This document shows, one piece after another, positions 1 through 13,919 of a DNA stretch of 64,000 bases. Made by a program: the position numbers and the translations under genes. Every line of letters begins with the position of its first letter. Position 1 is the first letter of the stretch. The stretch is from Octopus vulgaris (Eukaryota): contig OX597814.1 of NCBI GenBank assembly GCA_951406725.2, positions 1,240,001-1,304,000 of the forward strand, given 5' to 3'. The notes beneath the pieces were generated by a model that saw only the letters and a program-made list of their open reading frames with translations, was not told the DNA's origin and searched no databases.

Positions 1-51
1 ATTTATTCATTTCTATCTTCTTCCTCTTCTCCCTCTGTACATGAATGTATG

Positions 52-265
52 TACCGTATTCGATGGCATAGAAGACACACACACACCAATTTCAGCAGTG
101 AAAATTCAGGACAAAAAAAAAAGAAAAAAAAAAAAACTAGAAATTTTTAGGGCATTAAAGCTTATGAGAGGCCCGACCTCACATACAGGACCAGAGATGA
201 TTTTGTTTTGAGACTTATTTTTGGAGGAAAAAAAAAAGTGTGTATTATATACCATCAAATATGAT
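52..265. mobile_element. Decayed Tc1/pogo-type MITE
   Basis: Left end TACCGTATTCGATGGCATAGAAGACAC is imperfectly inverted to the right end GTGTATTATATACCATCAAATATGATA. Confidence 0.55.
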
Positions 266-1212
266 ATGTATCCTTCCTCACTCTTTTGGAAAAAAGTGAA
301 AATTCTGAGAAATTTTAGGGTGTTTAAGTCTGTTTTTTTTTCCCCTTTTTTACAGGATGGCACCAGCCATTATGTGACACATCAGCACGTGTCATTACTA
401 ATCTACTTTAAAAACTATTCCCACTGGGTGAAACTGTCTTGGAATTCAATAGTAGGGCTGTGGGGGCCATTTCTGTTGTTTGGTAAAAAACTATGGCAAA
501 TCTTGTAAAATAGAACCAAGTTCTTTATGAGTCAACATAAAAACAGTTTCAACAACTGAATTGCAATTTTAAGATGGTTAACGCCTACAGTTCAAAAATA
601 AAGGCATTAATGACATGAATTCCACACCCTTCCCTACTTCATCTCCACCCCTTTTTGTAAAGATGACAGGATTTGGGCCTTGTATAAGCGACGATAATTT
701 TATAATCCAAGACTGGTCTCACCTATTTGTAGATATTCACCTAGTTTGCATTGGCAACATAGATTGTCTCCCCTTCTTCAGTCTTTGGCACAATTCAGTT
801 CTTGAACTTCTACATACACACGCACACATGAGAGAAAAATGTATATCTGTGCATATGAGTGTATGTGTGTATATATATATATAGATATATGCATACATAT
901 ACAATTTATATTTTAAAAAAAGATTTTGACTAACTTCCAAGTTCTACTGAACAAGCATAACGAACAGTCTGTCAGTGGAACTTCAAAGTCACTGTCAACT
1001 CTTTTTAAAATAAATAAATATTTGATTCAATGAATTTTATATTTTTTTTAGAATATAATACATCACCATTATTATAATCAATGTGCATTGTGTGTGCATT
1101 TATATAATTTCATATGCATATATACATATATATAGGTAGAAATGACTAATTGTCCCTCTTAGCGTGTGGCATGTATGTATAATGCCCTCTGGCATGTATG
1201 TATAATGCCCTC

Positions 1213-1268
<56 letters not shown>

Positions 1269-2887
1269 GCAGTATCAACAAGACTGTTGGATGTTGTTAG
1301 ACATCACTGGTCACAATGCACTTCGCATTGTTTTAGCTATCAAATGATAACACCCATGTGTCATTTGAAAGCTAAATTATATGTCTATATGTATATACGT
1401 AATTATATATATAAAATATGAATTAGAGATAAAACCACTATTATGCAACTCAAACAGTGATAGACATAAACCAATACATAAATAACAAATAATATATATA
1501 TAACTAGATCTCAAAAAGTATAAAAATGAATGATAAATATATAATATAATAAGTAAAAACACTACGTACGTTTCATGGCTACAATTAAATTCAAATTACA
1601 ATTAAGTTTAAATTCAATTGAAATAAATTCGAATTAAAATTATACTGTGAAATTTGATTTAATACTAAATTGAATTTTTCCCTGTAAGTTTGGAGTTATA
1701 CTCCCTAATATTATTATATATATATATGTATATATAATTATATATATTTGCACACCCACCACATACTGAGTACAATAACTGTGATGTGTTACATTCTAAA
1801 AACTACAAAAATTCATTAACATACATATATATATATACACACACACATGGACGTGTTTATATATATATATATATAAACAGATGTGTTTGTACAAACGTTA
1901 ATATTTTTCTCTCCTCTTTAATTAAACTTAAAAAGTAAAATAAATTATATTTTAAAGATTGCTTATATTTCTTACGATAAAAAGTTTATTCTATCTTCTC
2001 GACATAAGCATCTCTAACGGAATATGAACACACACATACACCCCACACACCCACGCCGCACACATACGCTGAATAACACAGTAAAAGTAATGTTTATTTT
2101 TTTTATCTAAAATCCATGAAAGTTCACGTTATATTTATCTGCCTTTCACTATTTATTGATTATAGATTATTGATCTAACCCCACCGTCCTCCACACCCTG
2201 TAGCTTGCCAGTGTCTGTAAAAGATAAAACAAATCTCTTTTGTCCCATTTTGTATTTCAATCTCACAGCAAAATATCAAAAGTTCATCTTAAAAGTTCCC
2301 TACCACCACCACCACCACTTTCATCTGACCAACTACATCTTCCTCACCAACTGAACACTCCCCCACTGTCTTCCCTCCACCAGCCCAGGACACTCTATAC
2401 CACACCCCATGTATCTATGCACTCTACCCACACTCACGTCAGCAGAAGTGTTTTCCTAACTTTCAAATTAATTCAAAATTTCAATAAGTGGAATTACATT
2501 TTCTGTACACTACTTGTGTCTGATAAACCTGTACTTTCTATGTACGTTTATATATATATATGTGTGTGTGTATATTGTATGTTTATTTGTGTGCATATGT
2601 ATGTGCTCATGTAAATGTATTTGTACTTGTGTATGTTTATATATGTATATAAGTGTGTGTGTATATATATATATTTGTTTTATATATTACACACAATTAT
2701 GTTAAGGTGTTGTTGCAAGACAACTGTGTCGTATAACTTGTGTGTTTGTATCTGTATCATTCCAACACCTAAAACACACGTGCCTCGTTGGTCTCCAGAA
2801 CACAAGCACTCCTTCCTCCTTTTGACTGAACCTTACCCCACCTCGACTCAAAGCTGCCTGTGTATAGCTGACCTAAATCAGCCATAC

Positions 2888-2922
<35 letters not shown>

Positions 2923-4104
2923 CCTGTTCACCACTTTCAAGCTGATCCCTAATATTTCTCTCCTACCTCCCCATCCACCTACAAGCACGCACATACACAC
3001 ACACCAGGGCCTTTCTTATTGCATCTTTAACACTCCTCCCTTATTTCTCCTAGATTCCTACTTCTATTTTGTTGTTTACAATTTGGTATTCTTTACAGAA
3101 ATGAAGAACAGATTTCTTTTTTTTTCTCTTTCACCAGAGTCTGAGTTTAAAAAAAAGACTGCAACACAAAAGCCGTTCCCTATTGGGGAACACATTTCTT
3201 GGTATTTCTTTAAGGCTTTGTATTTTGTCTCCCTCCAAAAAAAAACAAAAAAAATTTTATCATTATTCTTAGGGCAGTGGATCAACAGAACTGTTGGAAT
3301 ATTGGATAAAATACCTTGTGGTGTTTATTCTAGTTTGTTACATTGTGTTACTTTCCTGTTGGGGTCAAATTTACTTTTCATCTGTCTAGGGTTAATAGAA
3401 TAAAGTACCAGTAAAGCACAGGGGCTAATGTAATTACCTGCCCCTCTCCTAAAAATTAGTGTCCTTCTCCCTGAATTAGAATTATTAATACCAGTAATTT
3501 CTGTCCCCAATATTAGCAGGGGATAAGGTGGGAGTTGGCAGAACCGTTACCATGCTGGGCGAAATGCTTAGTGGCATTTCATCCATCTTTATGTTCTGAA
3601 GTTAACTTTGCCTTTCATCTCTTTGGTGGGGGTCACTAAAATAAATACCAGTTGCGCACTGGGGTCGATGTAATTGACTTACCCCCCCCACTTCCCCTGA
3701 ACTTGCTGGCCTTGTGCCAAAATTTGAAACCAGTGGATTGACAAAATCATCAGAGCAGTGGACGAAATACCTTTTGGTATTTAGTTTAGTCCTATATAAT
3801 TCTGAGTTTGAATCCCACAGAGTTTAACTTTCAGGGGTCAATAAAGTGAAGTACCAATCAAGTACTTGGGTTGATCTAATCAATTAGCACCTGCCTGCTA
3901 AAATAGTTGGCACAATGCCAAAATGAGAATCATTGCGAAGATGACAAGATGGCAAAATTGTTAGCAGCGTCAGAAGAATGCCTAGCAGCTTTCTTCCAGC
4001 TCTTTACATTCTGAGTTCAAATCCAATGAGGCGCAACTTTGCCTTTCGGGTTCAACAATTGAACAATATAGAATACCAGTCAAGTACTAGGGTCAATAAA
4101 TAAA

Positions 4105-4135
<31 letters not shown>

Positions 4136-5619
4136 TATCCATCTTCCCCCAAATTGCTGGCTTTGTGCCCAAAATAGAATTATTATTATTAAATTACTGC
4201 AAATGTAAACAAATCGTGGAGTTTATTCCACGTCCATCTGCACAATATTACCGTTATATTACTCTTATGTCTGTGAGTAGCAAAGTGCCAAGGGAGCTAC
4301 TGTTGTGTCTGCACATCCCCAATATAACGCATTGGCTTTTAATGGAAGAAACCCAGGGGGTGGAGGGGAAGGGGGTAAGATTGAACTCTAGTCTTCTGTT
4401 GTTGCATGTGAATTCACGGTCAAAACAAAGAATAAAAGTTCTTCCTTTCAATAAAAGTATTTTAAAGTTTACCATATTTTGGCACCCTGCCCCCTCGCTC
4501 AACCAAAAGTACCCTTTCTGTTCTCCCCGTTTTTCTGCTAACCATCGTCCCACCATCACAATCACCACCTCTGTATAGTTTTATAATTAAGCTCTCGTGT
4601 ATGCATCATGCTGCTAATATCTTCATATATACATTCTCCATTCTATCCTAAATCTGATTAAAACTTTCAAGGTTGTCTCCACTGACCATCTTCACACACA
4701 CACACATGTTTGCCATGGAGTAAAATACGTTGCTTCATCTAAAGCATTGATTATCCATTTTTTCCTTTCCCCCTCTGGACCCCTTCCCCTAGCCATTCGA
4801 TGTTTAAAAAAATAGCTCTACAGATACTTCCAAAATTCCTATTTTGTTTGCCCCCACATTCCCTTGTGTAGGCTGAACTGTGTAAAACATCAGAGAAAGA
4901 AACCGGTTTCTTACAACAAACACATCTAAAGCAAAAGTTATCCATGGACCCATAAAATACTACCGTGGACCCAATTTACTATTTTTCTTGGGTGCACCAC
5001 CAAAATTCTTGTATGGACCCCCCTCCCCACCCCCAGTTAAAAACCACTGATCTAAAGTATGAGCTATTTTCTCAAAGACAAAACTGCAGTAAAAAGGCCT
5101 TTTACAGGTTCTGATATAATCCCAAAACATATTTGAACTGATCAAAGGTTTGTATAACTACCCACAATATACATAAATCATTTTTAAGGGTGGAACTCAA
5201 AGTAGATAAAAGTTACAAACACTAGCATGCAGAATCCTTGGATGACAAAAAAAAAAAAGGTGAAGGTTACACATGGGACACAAACCCATATATACATATA
5301 TATATATATATCATCATCATCATCGTTTAACGTCCGTTCTCCATGCTAGCATGGGTTGGACGGTTCGACCGGGGATCTGGGAAGCCAGAAGGCTGCACCA
5401 GGCTCCGGTCTTATCTGGAAATGTTTCTACAGCTGGATGCCCTTCCTAACGCCAACCACTCCATGAGTGTAGTGGGTGCTTTTTACGTGCCACCTGCACT
5501 GGTGCCAGGCGAGGCTGGCATCGGCCACGGTCGGATTGGTGCATTTTACGTGCCACCTGCACGGAAGCCAATATACACACATATATATATGTCAGTTTTT
5601 CAGTTTCCTTCTACTAATT

Positions 5620-5880
5620 CCACTCACAATAGTCATGGTAAGACAACAAAAGAATGAATGAGACCTCAATATTATGTAAATAGAGAAATCTATCTGTAAT
5701 ATAATTTGTGTCAATTATTTGGTTGCCATAATAAAACTCTGAGTTTCGGACGTCGGGGTGGAAATCTTCAGCATTAGCATTTTTTTTTTCTTCTATTAAT
5801 AACTGAAGAGATGCTGGAGCAGATTTCTGCCCCGACATCTGAAACTCAGAGTTTTATTATGGCAACCGAATAATAGTCAT
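5620..5880. mobile_element. Foldback element with a family-D hammerhead motif (5797-5859 plus)
   Basis: TAATAA CTGAAGA GATG...CATC T GAAA CTCAGAG TT TTATTA, with a partial inverted copy at ~5710-5770. Confidence 0.7.
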
Positions 5881-5904
5881 ATATATATATATACACACAC
5901 ACAT

Positions 5905-6255
5905 AGCTCAGTGGTAAGGGCAGCAGACTCACGGTTTTGATTCCCACACCAAGTGTTGTGTTTATCGAGCGAAAACACCTAAAGCTCCACGAGGCTCCGG
6001 CAGGGGGTGGGGAGAACCCTGCTGTACTCTTTCACTACAACTTTCCTCTCATTTTCTTCTTCCTGTTTCCGTTGTACCTGTATTTCAAAGGGCCAGCCTT
6101 CTCACACTCTGTCATGCTGAATTTTCCTGAGAACTACGTTAAGTGTACACGTGTCTGTGGAGTGCTCAGCCACTTGCACGTTAATTTCATGAACAGGGTG
6201 TTCTGTTGATCGGATCAACCAGAACCCTCGTCGTCGTAACCGACGGAGTGCCACG
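5905..6255 (+). mobile_element. tRNA-derived SINE family 3
   Basis: Head AGCTCAGTGGTAAGGGCAGC, tail CCCTCGTCGTCGTAACCGACGGAGTGCCAC. Second copy on the minus strand at ~23238-23600. Confidence 0.8.
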
Positions 6256-7610
6256 ATATATATATACACGCAATTACACATTATGAGAAGTAAAAAGAAT
6301 AAAAAATTTTAAATTTAATTCCAAGCACAACTACATTAATATTTTATGAGATTCAACATAATTATTGCTATAATTACCACAATTACTACCACTACTGCTG
6401 TTTAAAGCTTCCAGAAAAAATGCCTTGCAGTTCTTTACATTCTGAGTTCAAATCCTGCCAAGGTCAACTTTGCCTTTTATCATCCCAGGGCTGATAAAAT
6501 AAAGAACCAGTCAAGTACTGGAGTTGATAGAATCAACTAACCCCTCTCCCTCAAATTTCAGGCCTTGTACCTATGCTAGAAATAATAATTAAATTTCTCT
6601 GACTAATAACCTCTCTACACTGAAGTAAAATGTAATTGCATTTCTGAGAAACACACTATCTTCACAGTGCAGCTTTAAATATAAAAAGTTATATTAAAAA
6701 AAAAAAAAAACAGACAAAAAAATATCCCTGACCCCTATATTACATATACACACACACACACTCATCTCTAATTTCACTGCAGCTTTACCCTCATTATTGC
6801 AAATTACCACTTAATTATTACCTCACTTCCTCTCAGGTTTTGCTTCACCTTTACCCCCAGATTAATATATTTAAGAATTAAGGCAGTGACCTGGCGCAAT
6901 TGGTAGCATGTTGGACTGAAATGCTTAACAGCATTTCATCCATCTGTGTTCTGAGTTCAAATTCTGCCAAGGTCAATTTTGCCTTTTATCCTTTCAGGGT
7001 TACTAAATTAAGTACCAGTAGAATACTGGGGTTGATATAATCGACTTACTCCTCCTCCAAAATTGCTGGCCTTGTGCTAAAATTTGAAATCAATATTTTT
7101 AAGAAGTATTCTCTTCTCACAGTCACTCATTATCTTCTTCAATCTCATAACGAACTACCACTTTTTCAAATTAATTAATTGTTATTTTCCGTTTATTAAT
7201 ACACTTCCAGTCCTAAACAAACCCATCCATGTTTTAGTTTTGGTTTTTGGGAAATTCCATTGAATTAAAAACCTTCAATTAGTTATTGATTTGGTTGACC
7301 CCTCTCACTTGCAATGTCCCCTTCTAGATTTGGTATAAATAAACAAGAAGGGAAATAAATGCATCCCCACCACTGAGATATAATTAGCTAACCCTAGCAT
7401 AGAAGTTATCAGTGACTCTCAGTGAGTTTTTTTTTTTTTCCTTTCTTTTACATGGAGACTAAAAATTACTGTTTCAAACTGTATTATTTGAATTTTAGGA
7501 AATGTACAGAACGTTTCTTTAAGGCTTATATAATGTGAAATACATAATCTACAGAAATAGATTCATAAATGGAGGTATAATGAATGTTTTAAGATTGTTT
7601 AAACATGTGT

Positions 7611-8300
7611 ATATCATCATCATCGTTTAATGTCTGCTTTCCATGCTGGCATGGGTTGGACAGTTCAACTGGGGCCTGGGAAGCCAAGAGGCTGCACCAG
7701 GCTCCAATCTGATCTGGCAGTGTTTCTACAGCTGGATGCCCTTCCTAATGCCAACCACTCCCAGAGTATAGTCGGTGCTTTTTATGTGCCACTGGCACAG
7801 GGGCCAGAGGAGCTGGCACCAACCATGATTGGACGGTGCTTTTTACGTGTCACCGGCAAGGAAGCCAGTTAAGGTGGTACTGGCATTGACCACGTTTGGA
7901 CGGTGCTTTTTACGTGCCACCAGCACAGGGGTTACAACTACAATTTCCATCTGATTTGATTTTGATATTGATGTACTTGACTCAATAGGTCTCCTCAAGC
8001 ACAGCATGTCACCCTACGATCCAAGGAACTTTGGAGTGGGCTGGTTATGCGACACTGGTGTAGGTTAGAGCTGTGAAGTCACTTTATTTGCCGGGTCTTC
8101 TCAGTCACAGCATGTCTCCAGAGGTCTCGGTCTTTTGTCATTGCTTCTGTGAGGCCCAACGTTCGAAGGTCATGCTTCACCACCACATCCCATGTCTTCC
8201 TGGGTTTCCCTCTACTGTTTGGGAGTGGCACTTCTTCACACAACTCTCCTTGTCCATCCGCAGTACATGACCACACCAATGCAAACGTCTCTCTTGGACT
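7611..8300 (-). mobile_element. RTE 3' element
   Basis: GKPRKTWDVVVKHDLRTLGL ORF end, shared 3' UTR and (GAT)n tail. Similar tails occur at ~5310, 10342, 13671, 20885, 22058, 30110-30430, 31900-32490, 38815, 45583 and 49655-49920. Confidence 0.85.
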
Positions 8301-8699
8301 ACTTTGCTGACACCTGGCTTAAAATTTTGTATTAGTCTACTGAAGCTTTATCTGTATATCACAACCTACCATAAAATCCTGCCCTTTTACCAGAAAATGT
8401 TGCAATTTATTTTGCTGTAATTTAAAACCCAACGTAGAATTATGCCACGTTTTGATATGGTGAGAAAAATAGCAGAGCTAACCAGGATGAGTTTATAGTC
8501 AGCATCTCTGTAGCTGCTGAGTGAAAGAGTATCCTGCAAATTGTCTTCTATATTAGAACTGTCTCACGATTGACGAACTGTAAGTAATAGAAACTGTAGG
8601 GATGATATTCGTTAATTAACGCAGAGGTTCGTTGGTAGCCTGTATTTATTTCTAGTGCTGCAGGATAGAAGTCAGTTTACAGAGAATATTAATATAACT

Positions 8700-9400
8700 G
8701 AAGACGGTGAGCTGGCAGAAACGTTAGCATGCCAGGTGAAATGCTTAGTGGTATTTCGTTGTCTGTCTTTATGTTCTGAGTTCAAATTCCGCCGAGGTTG
8801 ACTTTGCCTTTCATCCTTTCAGGGTCGATAAATTTAGTACTAGTTGCATACTGGAGTCAATCTAATCAACTGGCCCCCACTCCAAAAATTTCAGGCCTTG
8901 TGTTTAGAGTAGAAAAGAATAATTATAAAGCGGTGAGCTGGTAGAATTGTTAGCATGCCGGGTGAAATGCTGAGAGGTATTTCATCTGCCACTACATTCT
9001 GATTTCAAATTCCGCTGAGGTCGACTTTACCTTTCATCCTTTCGGGGTCAATTAAATAAGTACCAGTTATGCACTGGGGTCGATGTAATCGACTTAATCC
9101 GTTTGTCTGTTCTCTGTGTGTGTAGCCCCTTGTGGGTAGTAAAGAAATAGGTATTTCATCTGTCTTTCCATTAAGTTAAAATTCCGCCGAGGTTGACTTT
9201 GCCTTTCATCCTTTCGGGATGGATAAATTTAGTACCAGTTGCGTACTGGGGTCAATCTAATCAACTGGCCCCCCTCTCCAAAAATTTCGGGCCTTGTGCC
9301 TTGAGTAGAAAAGATATTATTTAAAGGCGGTGAGCTGGCAGAAACGTTAGCATGCCGGGCGAAATGCTTTGCAGTATTTCGTCTGCCGCTACGTTGAGTT
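8700..9400 (+). mobile_element. Head-to-tail cluster of SINE family 2
   Basis: Repeated head GGCGGTGAGCTGGCAGAAACGTTAGCATGCCGGG and B-box-like GAGTTCAAATTCC. Other clusters at ~3300-4190, 6410-7095 and 11420-11900. Confidence 0.85.
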
Positions 9401-10146
9401 ATATATTATTTTGGAATATTTTCCTAAATGTATTTGAGACCTTGTTTAAGGTTACCTCAATTGGGAGAATATTTTTTATTCACGAAATCAGTAGACATAA
9501 TGAGTTTGGCTTTAGTAGCATTTTCAAAATTTAATTAAAGTAACTCTGGAATGATTACTAAGAGTTTTAGTGTTTTAACCCTAGGCTTGATCCAACAGGT
9601 CTATAATTAAAAGGACATTCAACAGTGACTGTCCCCACTTTATATTCACTCAATATATCTATAATTACATTATCCACTAAGTCTTATTTTTTAAGATGGT
9701 GGTCTATGACTTGAGAGATTTGGCTGGCATTTCTAGCAGGTAGAGCGTCCACATTGAAGCTATCTCATCAATTTATAGGTTTTAGTTTCGTGTGTGTGTC
9801 CACTGAAGTATGTAGTAGTATTCATCAACAGATTTAGAATGAAAGGGACCCACTCCTCATCACTAGCAGAATTTATATTCAAAACCTAGACATTTCTTTG
9901 TTGTAGGAAAATAGTAGAAGCAAGGAGTGGTGCTGGGGGGTTTCAAATGAGGCATTTTGGCACAGCTGTTTTGGCACAGCTGTTTTGGCGCTGCCTCTTA
10001 GGCAGCACTAAATCAATGCTGACTTCTTTGACGTGCATGCATGTAAGCAGATTTCTTTTGTGTGTGAGATAAGAGGGAAGGTATTTATATTAATTGTGTT
10101 CAGTTAATTATAATGCCTCGTTAGTGATCCTGCATGGCCCAGTGGT

Positions 10147-10870
10147 TAAGGTGTTGCTGATGCAAAGGAGTGGCTGTGTGGTAAGTAACTTGCTTACCAA
10201 CCACATGGTTCCGGGTTCAGTCCCACTGCGTGGCACCTTGGGCAAGTGTCTTCTGCTACAGCCTTGGTCCGACCAAAGCCTTGTGAGTGGATTTGGTAAA
10301 CAGAAACTGAAAGAAGCCCATCGTATATATACATATATATGCATCATCATCGTTCAACGTCCATTTTCCATGCTAGCACGGGTTGGACAGTTCGACCGGG
10401 GTCTGGGATGCCAGGGGCTGCACCAGGCTCCAGTCTGATCTGGCAGTGTTTCTACGGCTGGATGCCCTTCCTAATGCCAACCACTCTGCGAGTGTAGTGG
10501 GTGCTTTTTACGTGCCACCTGCACAGGTGCCAGGGGGGTCCGGCATTGGCCACGATCGGTTGGTGCTTTTAACGTGCCACCGGCACGGAAGCCAGCCAAG
10601 GCGGCGCTGGCATTGGCCACGTTCGGATGGTGCTTTTTATGTGCCACCGGCACAGAAGCATATATATATATATATATATATATATGTACGTATGTATTTG
10701 TGTGTCTGTGTTTGTTCCCACCATTGCTTGACAACCAATGCTAATGTGTTTATGCCCCCATAACTTAGTGGTTTGGCAAAGGAGACCGATAGAGTAAGTA
10801 CAATGCTTAGAACGAAAATGTCCTGGGGTCGATTTGTTCGACTATAGGTGGTGCTCCAGCATGGCCACAT
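10147..10870 (+). mobile_element. SINE family 1 split at its central (TA)n by an RTE-tail element (10342-10660)
   Basis: SINE 5' half to ~10340, inverted RTE 3' UTR, then the SINE 3' half from ~10685. Confidence 0.85.
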
Positions 10871-12101
10871 TTCATTTTGCTCCAGTCCACTCATCTGTAA
10901 ATGAGGCGTCCAGCAACAGACAGGTGTCCCATTCGTCAGAGCGAATGTTGTGATCTTGGACACTTGTACACCATAGGGACCAGGTAGCCAGCACTATGAA
11001 CCCTAGGGCTTGAGACAATTTACTTCACAAAATCTCTCTCTCTGTATATTTCTGGTCGCACTAGTGTTCACGTTTGCTTCTAACACCAAAACAAACAATC
11101 GGAAGATCCAGTCAGCCGTTCAAAAAGTACCCAAAGATTAGAGTACAGCAAATGCTTTTTTTAATTCTTGAATTTGTACATTAAATATTAGAAAAGTGTG
11201 TGGAGGTCAGACAAATTCCTGTATCATATTTTCCATTAAGCTTTGGCTGCTGATGACTATAATTAATTAATCAATCAATTGGTCTTGCTACCAATATTAC
11301 ACTGTGATGAGGGCGTTATTCTTATTCTTTGGTACTATTCAACAATCTATTACAAAATGTTGGTCTTCAAATTAATTTTACAGAAATGTCTCAGTTATTA
11401 TCATTATTATTATCATCTAAGGCAGCAAGCTGGCACCATCGTTACCATGCCGGGCAAAATGCTTCGTGGTATTTCGTCTGTCGCGGCGTTCCGAGTTCAA
11501 ATTCTGCCGAGGTTGACTTTGCCTTTCATCCTTATGGGGGTCGATAAAATAAGTACCAGTTGAGCACTGGGGTCGATGTAATCGGTTTACTCCCTTCCCG
11601 AAATTGCTGGCCTTGTGCACAAAATTCGAAACTATTATTATTATTATTACTATTATCTAAGGTGGCGAGCTGGCAGAATCGTTAGCATGCTGGGTAAAAT
11701 GCTCAAGGGCATTTCATCCATCCTGACGTTCTGAGTTCAAATTCCGCCAAGGCCGACTTTGCCTTTTGTCCTTTCAGGATTGATGAAATAAGGATCAGTT
11801 ACGCACTGGGGTTGATGTAACTGACTAGCCCCCACCCCCACCCCACTCCCCAACCATTTCAGGGGCCCTGTGCCTATAGTAGAAAAGGTTATTATTTTCA
11901 TCCCAAAATATAATTCCACTCCATTCGAATTTTATCAAAAGTAAATTTTTGTTTTTGTTTATTTTATTATACATATATATTTTTTTGGTATTTTAAAGCA
12001 TTTTTGATTCAATTAAAAAAAATAAATGTTCAAATAAAATGATCTTTTAATGGAGACTGTCAGAGAGAGAAAGAGAGTGTGTTTGTGTGCATGCATGCCT
12101 G

Positions 12102-12134
<33 letters not shown>

Positions 12135-12140
12135 TTTTTG

Positions 12141-12172
<32 letters not shown>

Positions 12173-13042
12173 CACACAAACAGTCCGACCCATGCCAGCA
12201 TGGAATATAGGATACTAAATGATGTATGTATACATGTGTGTGTATATATATCTCTATATACATCTATGTATCTATATAAGTATATATAATATGTGAATAT
12301 ATATATATATATATATATACTCATAAATTATCATTTATGTCTGTGTTTACATACAATGTGGCTTAAGTTCTGGTATAATTATTTTTATTTTTATCATTAC
12401 GACTATTTTTTACAATGTCAAATAATTGCGTTCACTTTTATATATATATATATTTTTTATTTTTCTCCCCCGTCCCCCACCTTCGAAGAACTTTCAATTT
12501 TTTTTTTTTTTTAAATCTACCATTTTCTGCACCGCCATGCTTGCAGTCCTCCCTCCCGCCCACCCCTAAATACCATTTACAGAACTCCTCCATTCCACCC
12601 ACCCACCCACCCACCAACCTTCAAATGCTGCTAACTCACAATAAATTCCTCTCTCTCTCTCTCTCAACATTTTGCTCTTTCGATTTCATTTCCGACACCC
12701 ATCTTCTTCAACATTACCCTAAAACTGCTTCCATTTTGCCATCCATTCCACCATTTTCTCAGTAGACACCTATTAAACCTGTTCTTATTCATCTTCATCC
12801 AAACGAAACATAACCAACAACACCTTATTTTATTTCTCTCTCTCCCCCCACCACCATCTCTCCTCCTCCTCCTCTACTTATCTGTCTTGTTATTATACAG
12901 TTTTTTTTTGGTTTTTTTTTGTTTTTTTCCAAATGAAAATAAACTTGTTGCGTTATACGAAGTCACTGGTTCCGTGGTTTGTCTCTCTTCTCTTATTTCG
13001 TTTGTTTCGGTCACTGGACTAAGGCCGTGTTGGGGCACTGCC

Positions 13043-13439
13043 TTAACCCTTTAGCATTTAAACCGGCCATATCCGGCCAAAATATTTAATCTGTTTTATG
13101 TTCAAACTGGCCAGATCCAGGCTCTCACACCTACCCTACAATGTCCACTTTTCAAGATTGCTCCTGGGGTCAGGCAGATTTTCTACCACCGAATGCTCTT
13201 TCTGTCACCAACCCTCAGCTGTTTCCAAGCAAGACCATTTCCCCTCCGTTGCCAGACATATTTTTCACAGAAGACTAGAAATGAACAACTTTGCTGATGT
13301 CAAAATAAGGGTACAAAAAAAAAAAAACTAATTACACCATCAAGATCTTGAAGATATGAGATAATGCATGATTAATTCAAATCAATGGCAATCAATAGTT
13401 ATTATGTTTGATAGAATAATCTGAACACTAAAGGGTTAA
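13043..13439. mobile_element. piggyBac-like MITE, second family
   Basis: TTAACCCTTTAGCATTTA ... TGAACACTAAAGGGTTAA, giving terminal inverted repeats and a TTAA duplication. It interrupts a SINE tail. Confidence 0.8.
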
Positions 13440-13625
13440 AGGGATTTGGTTGGGGGAGGACTTTAAACTTTAGTAGTGGCTGTGTGGTAACAAACTTGCT
13501 TACCAACCACATGGTTCCGGGTTCAGTCCCACACAGCATGGCACCTTGGGCAAGTGTCTTCTACCATACCCTCGGGCCAACCAAAGCCTTGTGAGTGGAT
13601 TTGGTAGGCAGAAACTGAAAGAAGC

Positions 13626-13670
<45 letters not shown>

Positions 13671-13919
13671 CATCATCATTGTTTAATGTTCACTTTCCAT
13701 GCTGGCATGGGTTGGACGGTTTGACTGAGGTCTGGCAAGCCAGGAGGCTGCACCAGGCTCCAGTCTGATCTGGCAAAGTTTCAACAGCTGGATGCCCTTC
13801 CTAACGCCAACCACTCCGAGAGTGTAGTGGGTGCTTTTTACGTGCCATCAGGACGGAAGCCAGTCAGGCTGAACTGGCATCGACCAACATTCGGACGGTG
13901 CTTTTTATGTGCCCCAATT

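Noticed and set aside
720-810. Possible minus-strand exon (TAG|...AG|GTGAGA); similar isolated candidates near 4870, 8570, 36910 and 44240
   Set aside because: Stops or incompatible phases and no recognisable protein similarity; cannot be supported without transcript data.
2615-3403. 262-aa ORF
   Set aside because: It runs through (TA)n/(TG)n microsatellites and a SINE fragment, with no recognisable domain.
10147-10230. SINE heads as functional tRNA genes
   Set aside because: A/B boxes are present but there is no complete cloverleaf, and each continues into a SINE body.
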